A stretch of 54,179 nucleotides of DNA, counting the filler, from Hydrolagus affinis (taxonomy: Eukaryota), in assembly GCA_012026655.1 (NCBI GenBank). It is 3 parts of 3 records of this genome, joined end to end, with 100 filler letters (N's around TTAATTAATTAA, not from the genome) between each part and the next. Parts side by side here need not be neighbours in the genome. Positions count along the whole stretch, not along the records: positions 12,390 to 42,155 come from JAAILG010007786.1; 2 more parts are not named here. One strand, given 5' to 3'. Positions 12,725 through 24,539 of this stretch are shown one piece after another. The position numbers and the translations under genes were made by a program. Each line of letters starts with the position of its first letter. Position 1 is the stretch's first letter. Below the pieces are notes generated by a model, which saw nothing but the letters and a program-made list of their open reading frames with translations, did no database searches and was not told the origin of the DNA.

Positions 12725-12900
12725 CGTTGCATTTGATATAGCGCTTTTCACATCTTATCGACGTCCCAAAGCGCTTCACAGAATATACTGTAAAGTGAAT
12801 TAACTGTATATTTGTGGGTGAATCGCAGCAGCCAATTGCGCTCAGCAGTGTCCCACAGACAGTCATGGATTGAAATGATCAATTTTATTATTGTGTTTCT
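12695..12900 (-). mobile_element. SINE core and tail with (AAT)10
   Basis: Core motif and tail match the other copies. Confidence 0.75.
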
Positions 12901-13745
12901 TTTTAATGGATTATTAATTATATTATTAATATTCAAGTAATAGAAATTTCCTATACTGTACTGTAAAATTATGTTTCTCTGTATTTCGTGGGCAAAGAAC
13001 TGAAGGTATGGCCACCAGGGGTAGTGCACAGAGGGTGCGGCAAGAAATGAGAGAAAGGAAATGTTTGCAGACGACAAGGAGGATGGCTTCCGCCATCCAT
13101 ATTAAATTAGAGGAAGTCTGGGGTCATCGAGGTCTTGACACCAAAATGGTTAGAGCATCAGTGGACCTTGGAACAGTGGAAGTTGAAAAGAAGAGCAGCC
13201 TTTCATTCCTATAAATATGAAAGTTAATAGGTTCCCTGTGGAAAGTATCACAAAAAGATAAATAAGAAAAAGAAGGGGGTCCTGAATACAGTTGTTGGAA
13301 ACTCTTCAGGTGGCCATGCAGTTCCTAGGAGATGGATGGAGAAGTCAAAAATTAGCAACAATTTTGAAAGCTGCAGAACATCGATGGGGGCAAGCAGGTA
13401 GAGGCAATGTGGTTGCAGAGAGAAACAGATAGACAGAGAGAGACAGTGTATCTTTGGTTTCTGTGATTAGGCTTTCTATTGCCGTGGACAGAAATTGAAC
13501 TGAATGTTTTCTATCACCGAGAGGAGTGAAACATGGGAGCAAATTTGAGTGACCAGGACCTTGGATACAATAGAACACAAAAAGGCGGAGGGACGAGGTT
13601 GCAGAGTGAGAGAGAGAGAAACACAGATTGGGTGTATTATCGGGGGGCACTATATAGTCCGAAGGTTCGACAGTCCGAAGGTTCAATAGTCCGAAGGTTC
13701 GATAGGAGGAACACACAAATTTCCTATACCCGGCACGGATACCGT

Positions 13746-13942
13746 GGTTACCGCTCGATAATCTGAAAATAAGGTTCGTTAATCCGAACATTTGGTGCAA
13801 TAGTCTGAAGGTTCATTAGTTCAAATGTTAGGGTTAGGGTTAGGGTTAGGGGAAGCTTCGGACTAATGAACTTTCGGACTAACGAACCTTCGGACTATCG
13901 AACTTTCGGATTAATGAACCTTCGGACTATCGGGCGGTAACC
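13746..13942. mobile_element. MITE-like element with TIRs, 16-bp subterminal repeats and internal (TTAGGG)4
   Basis: GGTTACCGCTCGATAATCTGAA at 13746 is the inverted match of TTCGGACTATCGGGCGGTAACC ending 13942; three more units at 13655-13702; TTAGGG x4 at 13828-13851. Confidence 0.7.
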
Positions 13943-14270
13943 ATATTATCATTAATTTGACTGTGCTGTCTAGGGTTTTGGAAGAAACTGGACTTCAAGG
14001 ACTTAATGCAGAAACAGGTGGGAGCAAAGTTCAGTGACCAGGTCTTTGGATGGATACAAACAGTAAGGTTAACAGGGGATGATAATTTTGATGTTTAAAG
14101 GGGCTTGATGCTTAAAACAACATTTCCGGTTTGAGAGAGCACCACTGACTCAATGGTGATGCTGAATGCTACTTTTTATGTTCAGATATTTGTTTAACCT
14201 TCCTCTGGGATTAATAGGAAGAATTATTATTATCTCAATTTTACTGTAGAAGTGGATTTCAAATCGTATC

Positions 14271-14313
14271 AACCACACCAACCACATTTCACAAACCCAA
14301 ATCAACAGGAAGT
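14271..14313 (+). promoter_or_regulatory. Candidate gene C promoter: two RUNX-like ACCACA sites and an ETS site CAGGAAGT
   Basis: Motifs 75-115 nt upstream of the ATG; short motifs, function untested. Confidence 0.35.
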
Positions 14314-14387
14314 CAGTGTCACAGCTACCTAGTCTATATCAAATACTCCACGTTCACGTGTTACAGTTTATCAGAGTCGAGTCAGAC

Positions 14388-14439
14388 ATGGGGAGTTTTG
14401 TCTTTCTGTACCTGTCCGTCTTAAATTTTATTTCAACAG
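14388..14439 (+). CDS. Gene C exon 1, signal peptide (MGSFVFLYLSVLNFIST)
   Basis: ATG 14388, 52 nt, phase-1 donor CAG/GTATAT; paralogous to D and E leaders. Confidence 0.8.
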
Positions 14440-14598
14440 GTATATGTCTACTCTATCACTCAGTTCTTCTATGAAATATGTGCAAGCTTGTTTCCGCGTG
14501 CCATGTATCATATGTACCTACTTTTTGCTGTTTTACTGCTTTGGTTTTCCCATGGCATACTTTCTAAGAAATCATTCTTTGACTTTATTTTCTGACAG

Positions 14599-14919
14599 TT
14601 GCTGGCGATTCTTCAGTGAAAGTGACTCAACTCCCCAAACGTGTAACTGTCATCGGAGGGACCAATATCAATTTCATCTGTATCTTTTCATCCTCTCAAA
14701 ACAGTTCAGGAGTGGATGTGCAGTGGAAGAAGGAGGGTGAGGATGGCTATTTAGATACAATTGTGGATAGCAGGAAAATATTTGGTGTGAAAGAGAAAGG
14801 AAGCAGCTACTTCCAGCTCCTGAATGTGAGTTTCCAGGACTCTGGGGTCTATCGCTGCACAGTGACCCGCCAGGGATCAATAATTGGAACAGGACCTGGA
14901 TCACAATTAATTGTGCAGG
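14599..14919 (+). CDS. Gene C exon 2, NKp30/SIRP-like VJ-type V domain
   Basis: Acceptor TGACAG, donor CAGG/GTGAGT; VTQ..FIC..VQW..DSGVYRC..IGTGPGSQLIV, resembling the NKp30 G-strand GVGTGNGTRLVV. Confidence 0.88.
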
Positions 14920-16049
14920 GTGAGTGTGGATCAAGAGCAAAACTATGCAAAAATTACACAAAATGTAATAAATGCAGTGAATGCTATTTGAATATTGATA
15001 TTTTTTGTGCATTAATAACCTTTACATCTTAATTTTTAGAGTATGTTATGTGAGAATCATGTGTTTAATTTCAAACTGTACGCAACTAAAACACAAAATA
15101 CTGTAACTCACTACAACTTCACGAATAATTTTATAACAACAACAATTTGCATTTATATCGTGGCCTCCACACCAGGCGGCATGTCAGAGTGCTTCAGAAT
15201 GGCGGAGCCCGAGGCCGAGGGGGACGGTAACCATAAGCATGGTAGAAGAGAAAGATCTTCAGGCACGACCTGAAGATGGAAAAGGAGGAGGTGAAGAGAA
15301 GGGGTTAAGGATGGTAGTTCGAATGTTTCGGCCAGTAATGACTAAAAGCAGAGCCACAAATGTTTGAGTGGAGGATTAAGGGACAAGCAGGAGGCTGGAC
15401 ACATTAGATTGCAGTGAGGAGAGACCAGGTCGGAGAGTTAGAGGAGGTGCAGAGGAGTGGAGGGATTTAAACACAAGATTGAGAATGGAGTGGAAGACAA
15501 CTTAAAAAAAAAATTAATTGTTGGGCAGGCCGCCGATTCTCTATTTGAATTTGGCCATGAGATCATTAACGTTTTAGCCAAATAACGGTCATAACTAAAC
15601 CAGGTTTAAATTTGCATTTAAGAACAGCATTGCAACAGATGATTCAACGTAGACTATATGAATTCCAAGTCTGGAGACGGAGCTTGAACCCAAACCCTTC
15701 TAACTCAGAATCGAGAAAGTTACCAATTGAGCTAGAATAACATCGTGTGCACAGCCATCAGGAATATTCTATATCCTGTGTTTGATAGTTCGCAGTGATC
15801 AATTCCACCTGCTAATCATTACATTCAGTATAATATTTACGACAACAATATGAAGGAGTATTGATGATAAAACCACAAATTAATCAAAGCAGGAGGAACG
15901 CTCTGCTGCGATGAGAGGAATATGTGTAACTAAACTAACCTCCATTTGCACTCAGGAATCAGGATTTTGCAAATAAATGAATCAAAATAAAGCTTGTCCC
16001 GCCGATTCGTCAAAACTAATACGATTTTCCTCTATTATCTGTTCTACAG

Positions 16050-16367
16050 TTCCCCCAACTCCAATCAGGATTTTCTCTAATTCAACTGAGCAAGTAGCTC
16101 TTGTGTGTGAAACTACCGCGTTTTACCCAAAGTATTTCACCCTCACATGGCATAAAGATGGGATTCAAATTACACGAACATCAGGAATAAAGGTGGAGGA
16201 GACAATAACCAGTGAAAAGCAGAAATCGGGGGAACTCTATAAGGTCTCTAGCTCTATTGAAGACACACAGTCTGTCCAGAAAACTTCTGTTTATACCTGT
16301 CTGGTGTCTCACGCCACCCTCAAGACTTCAGCTATTGCCACCTACACTATCCCAAAACCTGATGCAG
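16050..16367 (+). CDS. Gene C exon 3, Ig C1-set domain (SIRP/tapasin-like)
   Basis: Acceptor CTACAG, donor CAG/GTAAGA; LVCETTAFYP..LTW.KDG..YTCLVSH.TL. Confidence 0.9.
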
Positions 16368-16739
16368 GTAAGATTCTAAACAAATTTTAATTAACCAACT
16401 GTTGTTAATTCAAATCTCATAGTAATGCTTCTTTGCATTGACTCGCAAATAACGTTAACAACAAAGTTACATTTGTGTAGCGCCTTTCATTGAATCATCT
16501 GAAGTGATTTGAGATGACGATAACAAGATAATAATAATATTATCAATCATTGCATTCAATATATGAGACGCTATAGAAAATGCAGAGATTGTTATTATTG
16601 AGCTGCTGAAAGCCAGAGTTCATAGGGACTTGAAGTTTGACACGAACTGGATCGAAGGTGAATGTTGCCTGTGGAGTAAGATGGGAGAGTTGGGTTTCAC
16701 CGTTATACACGTGGACGTACAATACATGTCTATGGTTCA

Positions 16740-16945
16740 TGTCGCCAAGTGGGAGAACAGAGATAGTGAAGGGCAGAGGCTGAGGTTAGAGCCCTGAGGA
16801 ACAGTCAATGTTCGGCAGCTCCTGCCTGTGACTTGAGGGATGGAATGTGACTTGCTCTCCGGGGAGACCTGCAGGGATTGGAAGCGATGCCAGAGTTTAT
16901 AGGAGACAAATGTGTTGGGAATGGTGATGAGGGGGTTGTACATGA
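16740..16945 (-). mobile_element. Old L2-type RT remnant in gene C intron 3
   Basis: VPQGS motif in ORF 16737..16943. Confidence 0.5.
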
Positions 16946-17565
16946 TGGTGATTAACTACATTATATCATTTGAATGTGAAACATTTTATGTGTATCATCA
17001 AACATTTTGTTAATTCTAAGTGGTAACATCCTAAATAATTTTGAAAACCTCGGTTTCAGCTCAGGACATGCCTTTCCATCCCATAAGGTTCCATCTTTTT
17101 ATTATTAACAAGTGAGCAGGTTTTATCACTGTGATCTGATGTCAATAGGTACACCTGTCTTATTCTGCAATATATAGATTGTATTTTGTAAGGATTCCTT
17201 TGAAAATCAATGTTCCATTTGGGGTATTCTGTGTGTTACTCTTGCCTGTGTACTAAAATCAAGAGGTATAATAAAAATAATTGAGAGCTGTTGTCAATAG
17301 ATACACCTGTGCTACGCTATATAAATATCAAACTGTTTTCAGTGATGGTCTCCTTGTAATTTTAATTCTTATTTCAATAAATACACAGATTAAGATTAGG
17401 CGTGATAGTTAAACCGGTTATTGTGCTTAGAACTTACTTGAAATCAATACAAACTATCAATGCAAACTATATACAGTATATGCATAACATTTCTGTTCTA
17501 CTGAAATTATAAACCATTCCCCTATACAATGTACAGTTTCACCTCAATGTATACTATTTCTCCAG

Positions 17566-17679
17566 GGAGTGGAAATAAAACCCCTCATTTACAGTTGGGT
17601 GGATATGCAGCGGGTGGATGTGTATTTCTGATCCTTTTAATCATAATTGGGAACCGATACCGATTGAAGAAGAAAAACG
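17566..17679 (+). CDS. Gene C exon 4, transmembrane
   Basis: Acceptor CTCCAG, donor ACG/GTAAGA; LGGYAAGGCVFLILLIIIG then NRYRLKKK; no charged TM residue. Confidence 0.85.
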
Positions 17680-18560
17680 GTAAGAAAATTCTGATATCAT
17701 TGCAATTAATTGTCAATGTTATATTTGGATACAAAAGCTTAGAAAGCAGCAATGGTTAGCCAAGAGAAAAAACAACTTCCTTGTGACTTCAAATTTGAAG
17801 ATAGAGTTCTGTGATGCTGCAGTTATACAATACCAATTACTTGTAGTTGTCGCAACAGTTTTACATGGTGAACTTTGGTATCCCAGAATTTCTCATTTTC
17901 CAACACCCAATATCTGAAATCTGACTTAATATTTTGCAACCACCTTAAACTACAATGAATTATTATATAACTGTGGCGATGAATGGCGTCAAACAATTGC
18001 AGGGACAGGCACCAGGTGTATGTTTATCAGTAATAGAATTCAGCCACACATTATATTGAAATTGTAACATTGAAAATATGTTTTTATTATTGAGAGTGCC
18101 AGGAGAAATACCAAGGCCCAGACTGCAGGAAACAACCAAGTTTCATAAGAAAAACTAAAAGATTTAAGGAATAGTGTTTGGTCGTCGCTGTTGCATATTG
18201 CTTTAACAAGATAAGTTTCAATTGAATGAGACAAGTATAAAAAGATTATGGGAAGAGTGACTGGATAGATTTGGAAGAGAGTGGAAAGTGGTTGATCTGA
18301 TAGAGATAAATTTGAATTGAAGTACTGGGGTTATCCACATTGCATTTTGTGGATTAAATAACATGACAGTCACCAAGTTTCAGATTTAAAATATTCAAGG
18401 GAAAGAGTTACACAGTGTTACGGATTTCAGAAAGTATGAGTGAGATGAAAATTCTATATGTCATTACATTTCATCCTGAAATGTAGAAAAGTTACATTAT
18501 TTTAGTGTTAATATTGAAATGGAATAAATATTTAGTGAAGTAAATTGTATTCATATTTAG

Positions 18561-18604
18561 GATCAAAGGGAAACCTGACTCAATCGGGCAATCATGAAGA
18601 TCAG
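18561..18604 (+). CDS. Gene C exon 5, short cytoplasmic linker
   Basis: Acceptor ATTTAG, donor CAG/GTAAGT; 44 nt converts phase 1 to phase 0, as both downstream motif exons require. Confidence 0.7.
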
Positions 18605-19179
18605 GTAAGTTTATCACCAAATCATTGGGTGACTAATGGACCAATTTAGTAATTATCATTTTGGAGCCTATAATTCCAACCCTTTTAAAATGCTTCATGG
18701 GTGGTAACATTGTCTTTGCAGCAACTCTATTTGCTCGAACCAACTTGCACACAATATGGTCCCATGATGAAGTCTATTGCCAATTTATCATGATTATCAT
18801 TTGCCAGGTCACCAGACAAATCTCATCCCACCTCCAACAATACATTTATTTGCTCTATGAACTGAAAGTTTGCAACCTTAATATGACTCCTCCAGAATTC
18901 CACACCTATTTATTTCCCTTTACATTAAGTTGTTACTTCAATAAACACAATTGGCTGGCAGTAATTTACCTTACTGGTAATCAGTTCTGCAACATATTGA
19001 AATGAAATGAAAGGCAAAACCTCAGTTGGAATTACGAATTTCACTGCATCTAGATAGAACTCGATCAACTTACAGCCATTGTTTCCCCTAAAATCCCTAC
19101 TTAGTCAATACCATGGTCAAAGAGTACAGACCTAGGAAGTCAACTGAACAATCATTTAACTCTATACTTTGTTTTACAG

Positions 19180-19305
19180 ATGGGGGAGGGAGCAGCGGGT
19201 GACAATGTGGCTTATGTAACATTGGATTTGAGAAATTCCAATAAAACTCCAAGACCTAAACACCAGGATGAGGGCACAGTATATGCCCAGGTAAACAACA
19301 TGTAG
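19180..19305 (+). CDS. Gene C exon 6, ITIM (VAYVTL) plus ITSM (TVYAQV); internal donor at 19290
   Basis: Acceptor TTACAG phase 0; reads MGEGAAGDNVAYVTLDL...GTVYAQVNNM-stop; CAG/GTAAAC after 19290. Confidence 0.8.
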   Translation: MGEGAAGDNVAYVTLDLRNSNKTPRPKHQDEGTVYAQVNNM

Positions 19306-19974
19306 GTTGTTAAATAGGCTTGACTTTGAGCGTTATGATTTTGTCTGTTCCTCCAATCTTCTACCTCATTTGGAACCTGCCTTTGGTTGTTGAACATGTT
19401 CAGCCTTCCAGCATTTAACCAGCATCATTTATTTATCTAAAGTTAATGGGCATATGTAAAATGGGTGAATTTGAAGGAATATTGTGGAAACATCAGGTAA
19501 ATGGGACTCAATAAATTATTCTTTCAAGTTGACAGTACGTGTATGATGTGCAGACTGGCTTTCTGGGCTATAAAGTTCCTAAGGTTGTATCTTTACATAT
19601 GAATCAACAATTCATCAAATAAGTTAACAACGATCACATGTATTCTGACCCAGACATTTTGAGATGTCAAGTTCCCAGAGAGCAATCAGTTAATCAGCAT
19701 TAACTGATCATCACAAACCATTAAAGCAGCTGTCAGCTCATCGTTGAGATCTACAGACATTAAATGCACAGCGAGATATCACAGTTTGAAATATATTTAC
19801 CAATTGGCCATGGGGTGATGGGTTTGGTATAATGTAACATAAAACTTGTTGCTCACATGAGGAGAAGAGATTAAAAAATTATAGCAAAAAATAGGTAAGG
19901 ATGGAGCTCATGTGAAGTATAAACACTGGCTGCCCAGTTTCCTTACCATTCTATTTACATCTACAACAATAACA

Positions 19975-20570
19975 ACAACTTCGATTTATATAGCACCCTC
20001 CACGCCGGCCGGCGTCTCAGAGCGCTTCACAGTGACGGATTCCAGGAACGAGCCAGGGGCAGGGGTTGAAAGGTGACCAAAGGCGCAGTCGAAGAGAAAG
20101 GTCTTTAGCTGTGACCTGAAACTGGGAAGAGAAGGGGGTGAGGCGAAGGGAGTGAGGAAGAGAGTTCCAGAGCCTTGGGGCATAGTGGCTGAAGGCATGG
20201 CTGCCGAGGTGGAGCGGAGGATTCGGGGACATGGAGGAGGCCAGATCCAGTGGAGCGAAGGCAGCGGGTGCTGGTTTGGGGAGAAAGGAGATCAGAGAGG
20301 TAGTGGGGTGCAGAGGAGTGGAGGGATTTGAAAACAAGGGTGAGGATCTTGAAGTTGATCCTCTCTGGGACAGGGAGTCAGTGAAGTCTGGCAAGGACTG
20401 GGGTAATGGGGGTGAGTATGCGGGTGAGTATGCGGGTGGCAGAGTTTTGGATTGGCTGGATTTTGTGGATTGTGGTGGCGGGGAAACCGGCAATGAGGGC
20501 ATTGCAGTAGTCCAGCTGAGAGGTGACAAAGGCATGGACCAAGGTTTCAGCGGCTTTTGGAGTGAGGTAT
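19975..20570 (-). mobile_element. L2 LINE 3' fragment between gene C exons 6 and 7
   Basis: C-terminal RT-region remnants (AAETLVHAFV.S.LDYCNAL, APRLWNSLP) and (TTG)n tail; explains ORFs 20017..20646 and most of 20231..20785. Confidence 0.85.
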
Positions 20571-20620
20571 CTATATATGGAACCAGCAAAAAGACAATCC
20601 CAAACGTTGTTGTTTTGCAG

Positions 20621-20785
20621 ACCAAGCGAGGAGCCACCGCTGACAAGCTGACCTATGCTGAACTGGATTTAACTCGCTCCAAACAAACAAAAAAAGCTAA
20701 ACCCTGCGACAAGAATTCAGAGTATGCGGAGGTAAATATCGGAAAATACAAGGCTGTCACTGTCATGGAATCAGGAACCGTATGA
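20621..20785 (+). CDS. Gene C exon 7, second ITIM (LTYAEL) plus SEYAEV motif, terminal exon
   Basis: Acceptor TTTTGCAG phase 0; TKRGATADKLTYAELDL...SEYAEVNIGKYKAVTVMESGTV-stop; paralogous to exon 6. Confidence 0.8.
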   Translation, partial: TKRGATADKLTYAELDLTRSKQTKKAKPCDKNSEYAEVNIGKYKAVTVMESGTV

Positions 20786-21123
20786 TGTCACAATAATAGA
20801 TAATTACCACTGCATATCAGTCACAGATCGCTTCTGATGAAAGCTAGTGACAGTGTGTATATCAATGCTGATCTGCTATTGTATCACCGCTTTGACAGTG
20901 CAGAAAGATTCGATTCTGTTTGTATTACCCATCATTTATCAAGTCGATCCAATTTCATCTTCTAATTTGTTTAATACGAATCTGATAATGTCGTTGTGCT
21001 ATCAACTCTAATCGTTTATAAAAGCAATGAAGCTGTTATATCACTGGAACAAAATATACCAATCCAAATCTAGAACCAGTTTATAATAGTTTATAACATT
21101 GTAAAGCGGTTTTGTCAACTTTC

Positions 21124-21129
21124 AATAAA
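21124..21129 (+). terminator. Candidate polyadenylation signal of gene C
   Basis: AATAAA about 340 nt after the exon 7 stop codon. Confidence 0.35.
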
Positions 21130-21318
21130 CAATATTTTATGGAATGCGACGTGTCGAGTTTGATTTGGTCAATCTCTCTCTTTGATAGCATCAGATAAAA
21201 TAAATCAGAAACCATAATGTAGAATTCTTACGCTTTGTTTCAGATACAGCTTAGCCAAGTACTTACTGCTGGACTTCAGATATAGATTATGATGATTCTT
21301 TAATGTTCAGTAAGGTTG

Positions 21319-21344
21319 CTCTCTCTCTCTCTCTCTCTCTCTCT
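21319..21344. repeat. (CT)13 microsatellite
   Basis: Direct reading. Confidence 0.95.
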
Positions 21345-22099
21345 GGGAAATCTAAACATTTTAAGGATTGGTCATCAATTAAATGATTGGACGAAACGCA
21401 GCCCTTCAGTTGATTCCGGTTATCCTCATTCCATTCTCCATGTAGCAAATTTCAAGAATAAATATATAGTTTACTGCCCACAAAATTTGTATGTAGAGCA
21501 TATGATCAATTCTAATAACAATTCTCAATCTGTTACATTTAAAAGTTAGTTATCCTGAGTTCGGGCTGGCTGCCTCATGGAACTAATAAGTTTAACACCA
21601 AGTCCTCTTCATTACATACAGCTGGAAGTAAATATTCACCAATTCAGTGTTTGCATTGAGGGTAATGTTTTGTTTCACATATATTTTGTTACCTCATCTG
21701 ATGACAATAACATACAGAGACTCAAGTTAGAAGTAAACCGATATAAATTACCTTAACAGCTACCTAAGAAAATTCAATGTAATTCATCTACCGCAATGGA
21801 AAAGTTATTGTGTGAGCGTTATGCAAGTACGTGCAAAAGCTAGCTAAAATAAAGCTACATGTATTTTTACTTATGTCACTGCTGCACTGGGTTAAACAAA
21901 GAACACGATTGTCCCCGTTGATAGGCAGTTCATGCAACACATCAACTGATGCTGTGTGGGGTGGATGGGTGTAGCAATTTCACACATACGCGCATATATC
22001 CACAACTATATATATATACGTATACGTTACAATTTCACACCGCAAAGCCTTTTCTTGGCCAACAGTAAAGCCCATGTCCTTAACTGCATGTTTTCATCT

Positions 22100-22280
22100 G
22101 TTACTTCAGCTTTTAAGAGAAAACTAGATAGGTATCTGGGGAAGATGGGTTTGCAGGGTTATGGGGAGAAAGCTGGTGATTGGGGTTAACGAAAGTGACT
22201 TGCTCGGTCAAAGAGCCGGCACAGACTCAATGGGCTGAATGGCCTCCTTCTGTGCCATAACATTCTATGATTCTATGATT
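22100..22280 (+). mobile_element. CR1 LINE 3' end
   Basis: FKRKLDRYL remnant, ATGGGCTGAATGGCCTCC hairpin region and (ATTCTATG)n tail. Confidence 0.8.
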
Positions 22281-22879
22281 CAGTGTTAAAGTGCAACGTT
22301 CCATTTGATGGAATGAAAGCGAATGTTGTTTTCATCTCGAAGGTTTTTAATCAATGTTCTTATGTATCCATTTACTGGCTTTCAATTAAATTGAGTTTCT
22401 TGAAAACTTAAGCGGGATCGTTATGCTCTTATTTATATCAGCATGCATTCCTGGCATCTGGGGTTAAGAGTATTCCAGGGCCGATTCTGTGGTTTATCAT
22501 TAAATTTGAATTAATCGATGTGCAATGTTGTTTGTTAAGAGTTTAAAATTTTAATCCAAGTGGACTATAATGCGCCGGCCCCAAAACTTATCCAATGATT
22601 GATAGGGTAAAGCCGTTCAGCAAGAAAAACAAATACAGCCAGTGGTAAAAAGGTGGAATCAAAATATATGCCACTGATTTTGATGCTCAGCGAGTACTGA
22701 ACTTGGATTATGGCTACATGGTTATTCATCACTTACTTTCTCTTTCATGTTTGGTGTCTGACAAATGCGGAGCCACATTTTGTCCTGTTTGAGACTGCAA
22801 GCTACATACTTAACAGTCATTTAAAAAGAAGCCGTAACAGACCATAACAGGTCACCTCACCTACACACCACACGTACAC

Positions 22880-23225
22880 TCTTCTGTGACCATTTTGTCT
22901 GCCTGATCTTTTCCAATTTCACCCACCCTTTGTAAACATTATTAACACATCTTCTCTCCAATTTTGTTGCAAAAGCCCAACCCCCCCTTTTATTTCACAA
23001 CAATAACACCTCTTTAACCTATCATCTCCTGTCCTCTACCACATTTTCTTCTTTGTCTTCCTTGCCCTGCCTCTCCCTCTCAGTTAGTTCTTAAAAGCCT
23101 CTCCCTCCCAACATGACCCAGGTCTGATGAAGGATCATGGACCTGAAACTTTGAATTACTTTTCCTTTCTCCATAAATGCTGCCTGACCTGCTGAGTGTT
23201 CCCAGCGATTTCTGTTTTTGTTTTA
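22880..23225 (+). mobile_element. Penelope-like terminal repeat with hammerhead-like core
   Basis: CTGATGA (23124) + AGG..CCT stem + GAAA (23145), then TGCTGCCTGACCTGCTGAG shared with copies near 440 and 31480. Confidence 0.55.
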
Positions 23226-23399
23226 TTGGAAAAAGAAATTATATCTTTGTATGGTTCTAACAATATACGTCACAACGACAAAATGTGTATCAACTGTAAT
23301 ATTTATTCACGCTATGTGTGAATGGCAAATAGGAAAATAACTGGTCTAAAAGGTTGAAACTTAACTTTCTACATATATATATACTGTAGATAACAACAA

Positions 23400-23900
23400 C
23401 AACAAAATTACATTTGTATAGCACCTTTCTTGTCAGGGCGATATCCCATGGCTCTGGACAGTCACTGCGTCAGACCTGAGCTCAGAACAGGTGGTGGGAG
23501 GGAAAGGGGGGGATTAGGAGTTGCCGATGAGTCCTTCGAAGAGAAGAGTCTTGAGGTGAGACTTGAAGGAGGCCAGGGAGGGGACGAGGCAGAGCGACTG
23601 CAGGATGGAGTTCCAGAGGTTGGGGGCAGAGTGGCTAAAGGCACGCCTGCCAATGGTGGGGAGGGTGGGGAGGGGACGTGGAGCTGGCCAGAGCCTGATG
23701 AGCAGATGAAACAGGCAGGTTGATAAGGAGATACAAGGTCAAGGATGTAGGGTGGTGGGGGGGGCGAGGTTGTGGAGGGCTTTAAATGTGAGGACTAGGA
23801 TATTGAATTGGATCCTCTGCATGATGCATAGCCAATAGAATGGGGGAGATGGGGGTCACAGAGTTTGGAACAGTAGAGGACATGCGCCTCATAGTTCTGG
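23400..23900 (-). mobile_element. L2 LINE 3' fragment
   Basis: Same tail and WNSLP-region similarity as the other copies. Confidence 0.65.
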
Positions 23901-24539
23901 ATGATCTGCAGCCTGTGGAGGGATATATAATTGCTCACTCAATCCATGATTGTTTGTGAGAAACTGCTGTGTATAATTGGCTGCCCCGTTTTGACCACAT
24001 TTACCTTAGTAGATGATACATTGTACCATAGTTACAGGTCTCAGTGATAGTTATAATCTGGAATACATATTGAAGTCAATAATTGGTATTTATCATCGTC
24101 AAACATATATAAGCAAGCAAGAAACTTCTTGTATGTGGTTAGAGCTTCAGGAACAATAGAACATGTCCAATAAATAAAAGAACACCATTAATATCCTGAC
24201 TATTAAGCTCCACAGTTAGTAACTTCAACACAGGATCAGATGATAGATTGCTTACTTGTCTTACTGTCTTTTATTGTTAAACACTTTGTTACTGGAAATT
24301 CTACATTTATTTATACTTAAAATTTACAGCCGTGTGCTAAATGCTTCTCACTGAAAACCCTGCACATAACAACAACAAAATTACTATTGTATAGCACTTG
24401 TCGCAAGGACATCCCAAGGCGCTGGACAGTCAGTGTTTCAGACCCAAGCTGGGGTTGGGATATATAGATAAACAATCAACAATCAACTATAACATACCAA
24501 ACCTGGGTATGTTCCTGTTTTGTTATTAAATTCTAAATA

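Noticed and set aside
13828-13851. (TTAGGG)4 as a relic chromosome fusion site
   Set aside because: Only four units, no head-to-head array, and enclosed by transposon-like TIRs
14858-14885. Perfect heptamer CACAGTG at the second Cys of gene C V, suggesting a cryptic or ancestral RSS
   Set aside because: It is simply the codons for Cys-Thr-Val; the best nonamer match at 12 or 23 nt is only 5/9 and lacks the A tract
20017-20646. Long ORFs 20017..20646, 24683..25225, 32373..32928 as novel proteins
   Set aside because: Shifted-frame or antisense readings of L2 LINE fragments; only the part from 20621 of ORF 20231..20785 is a real exon
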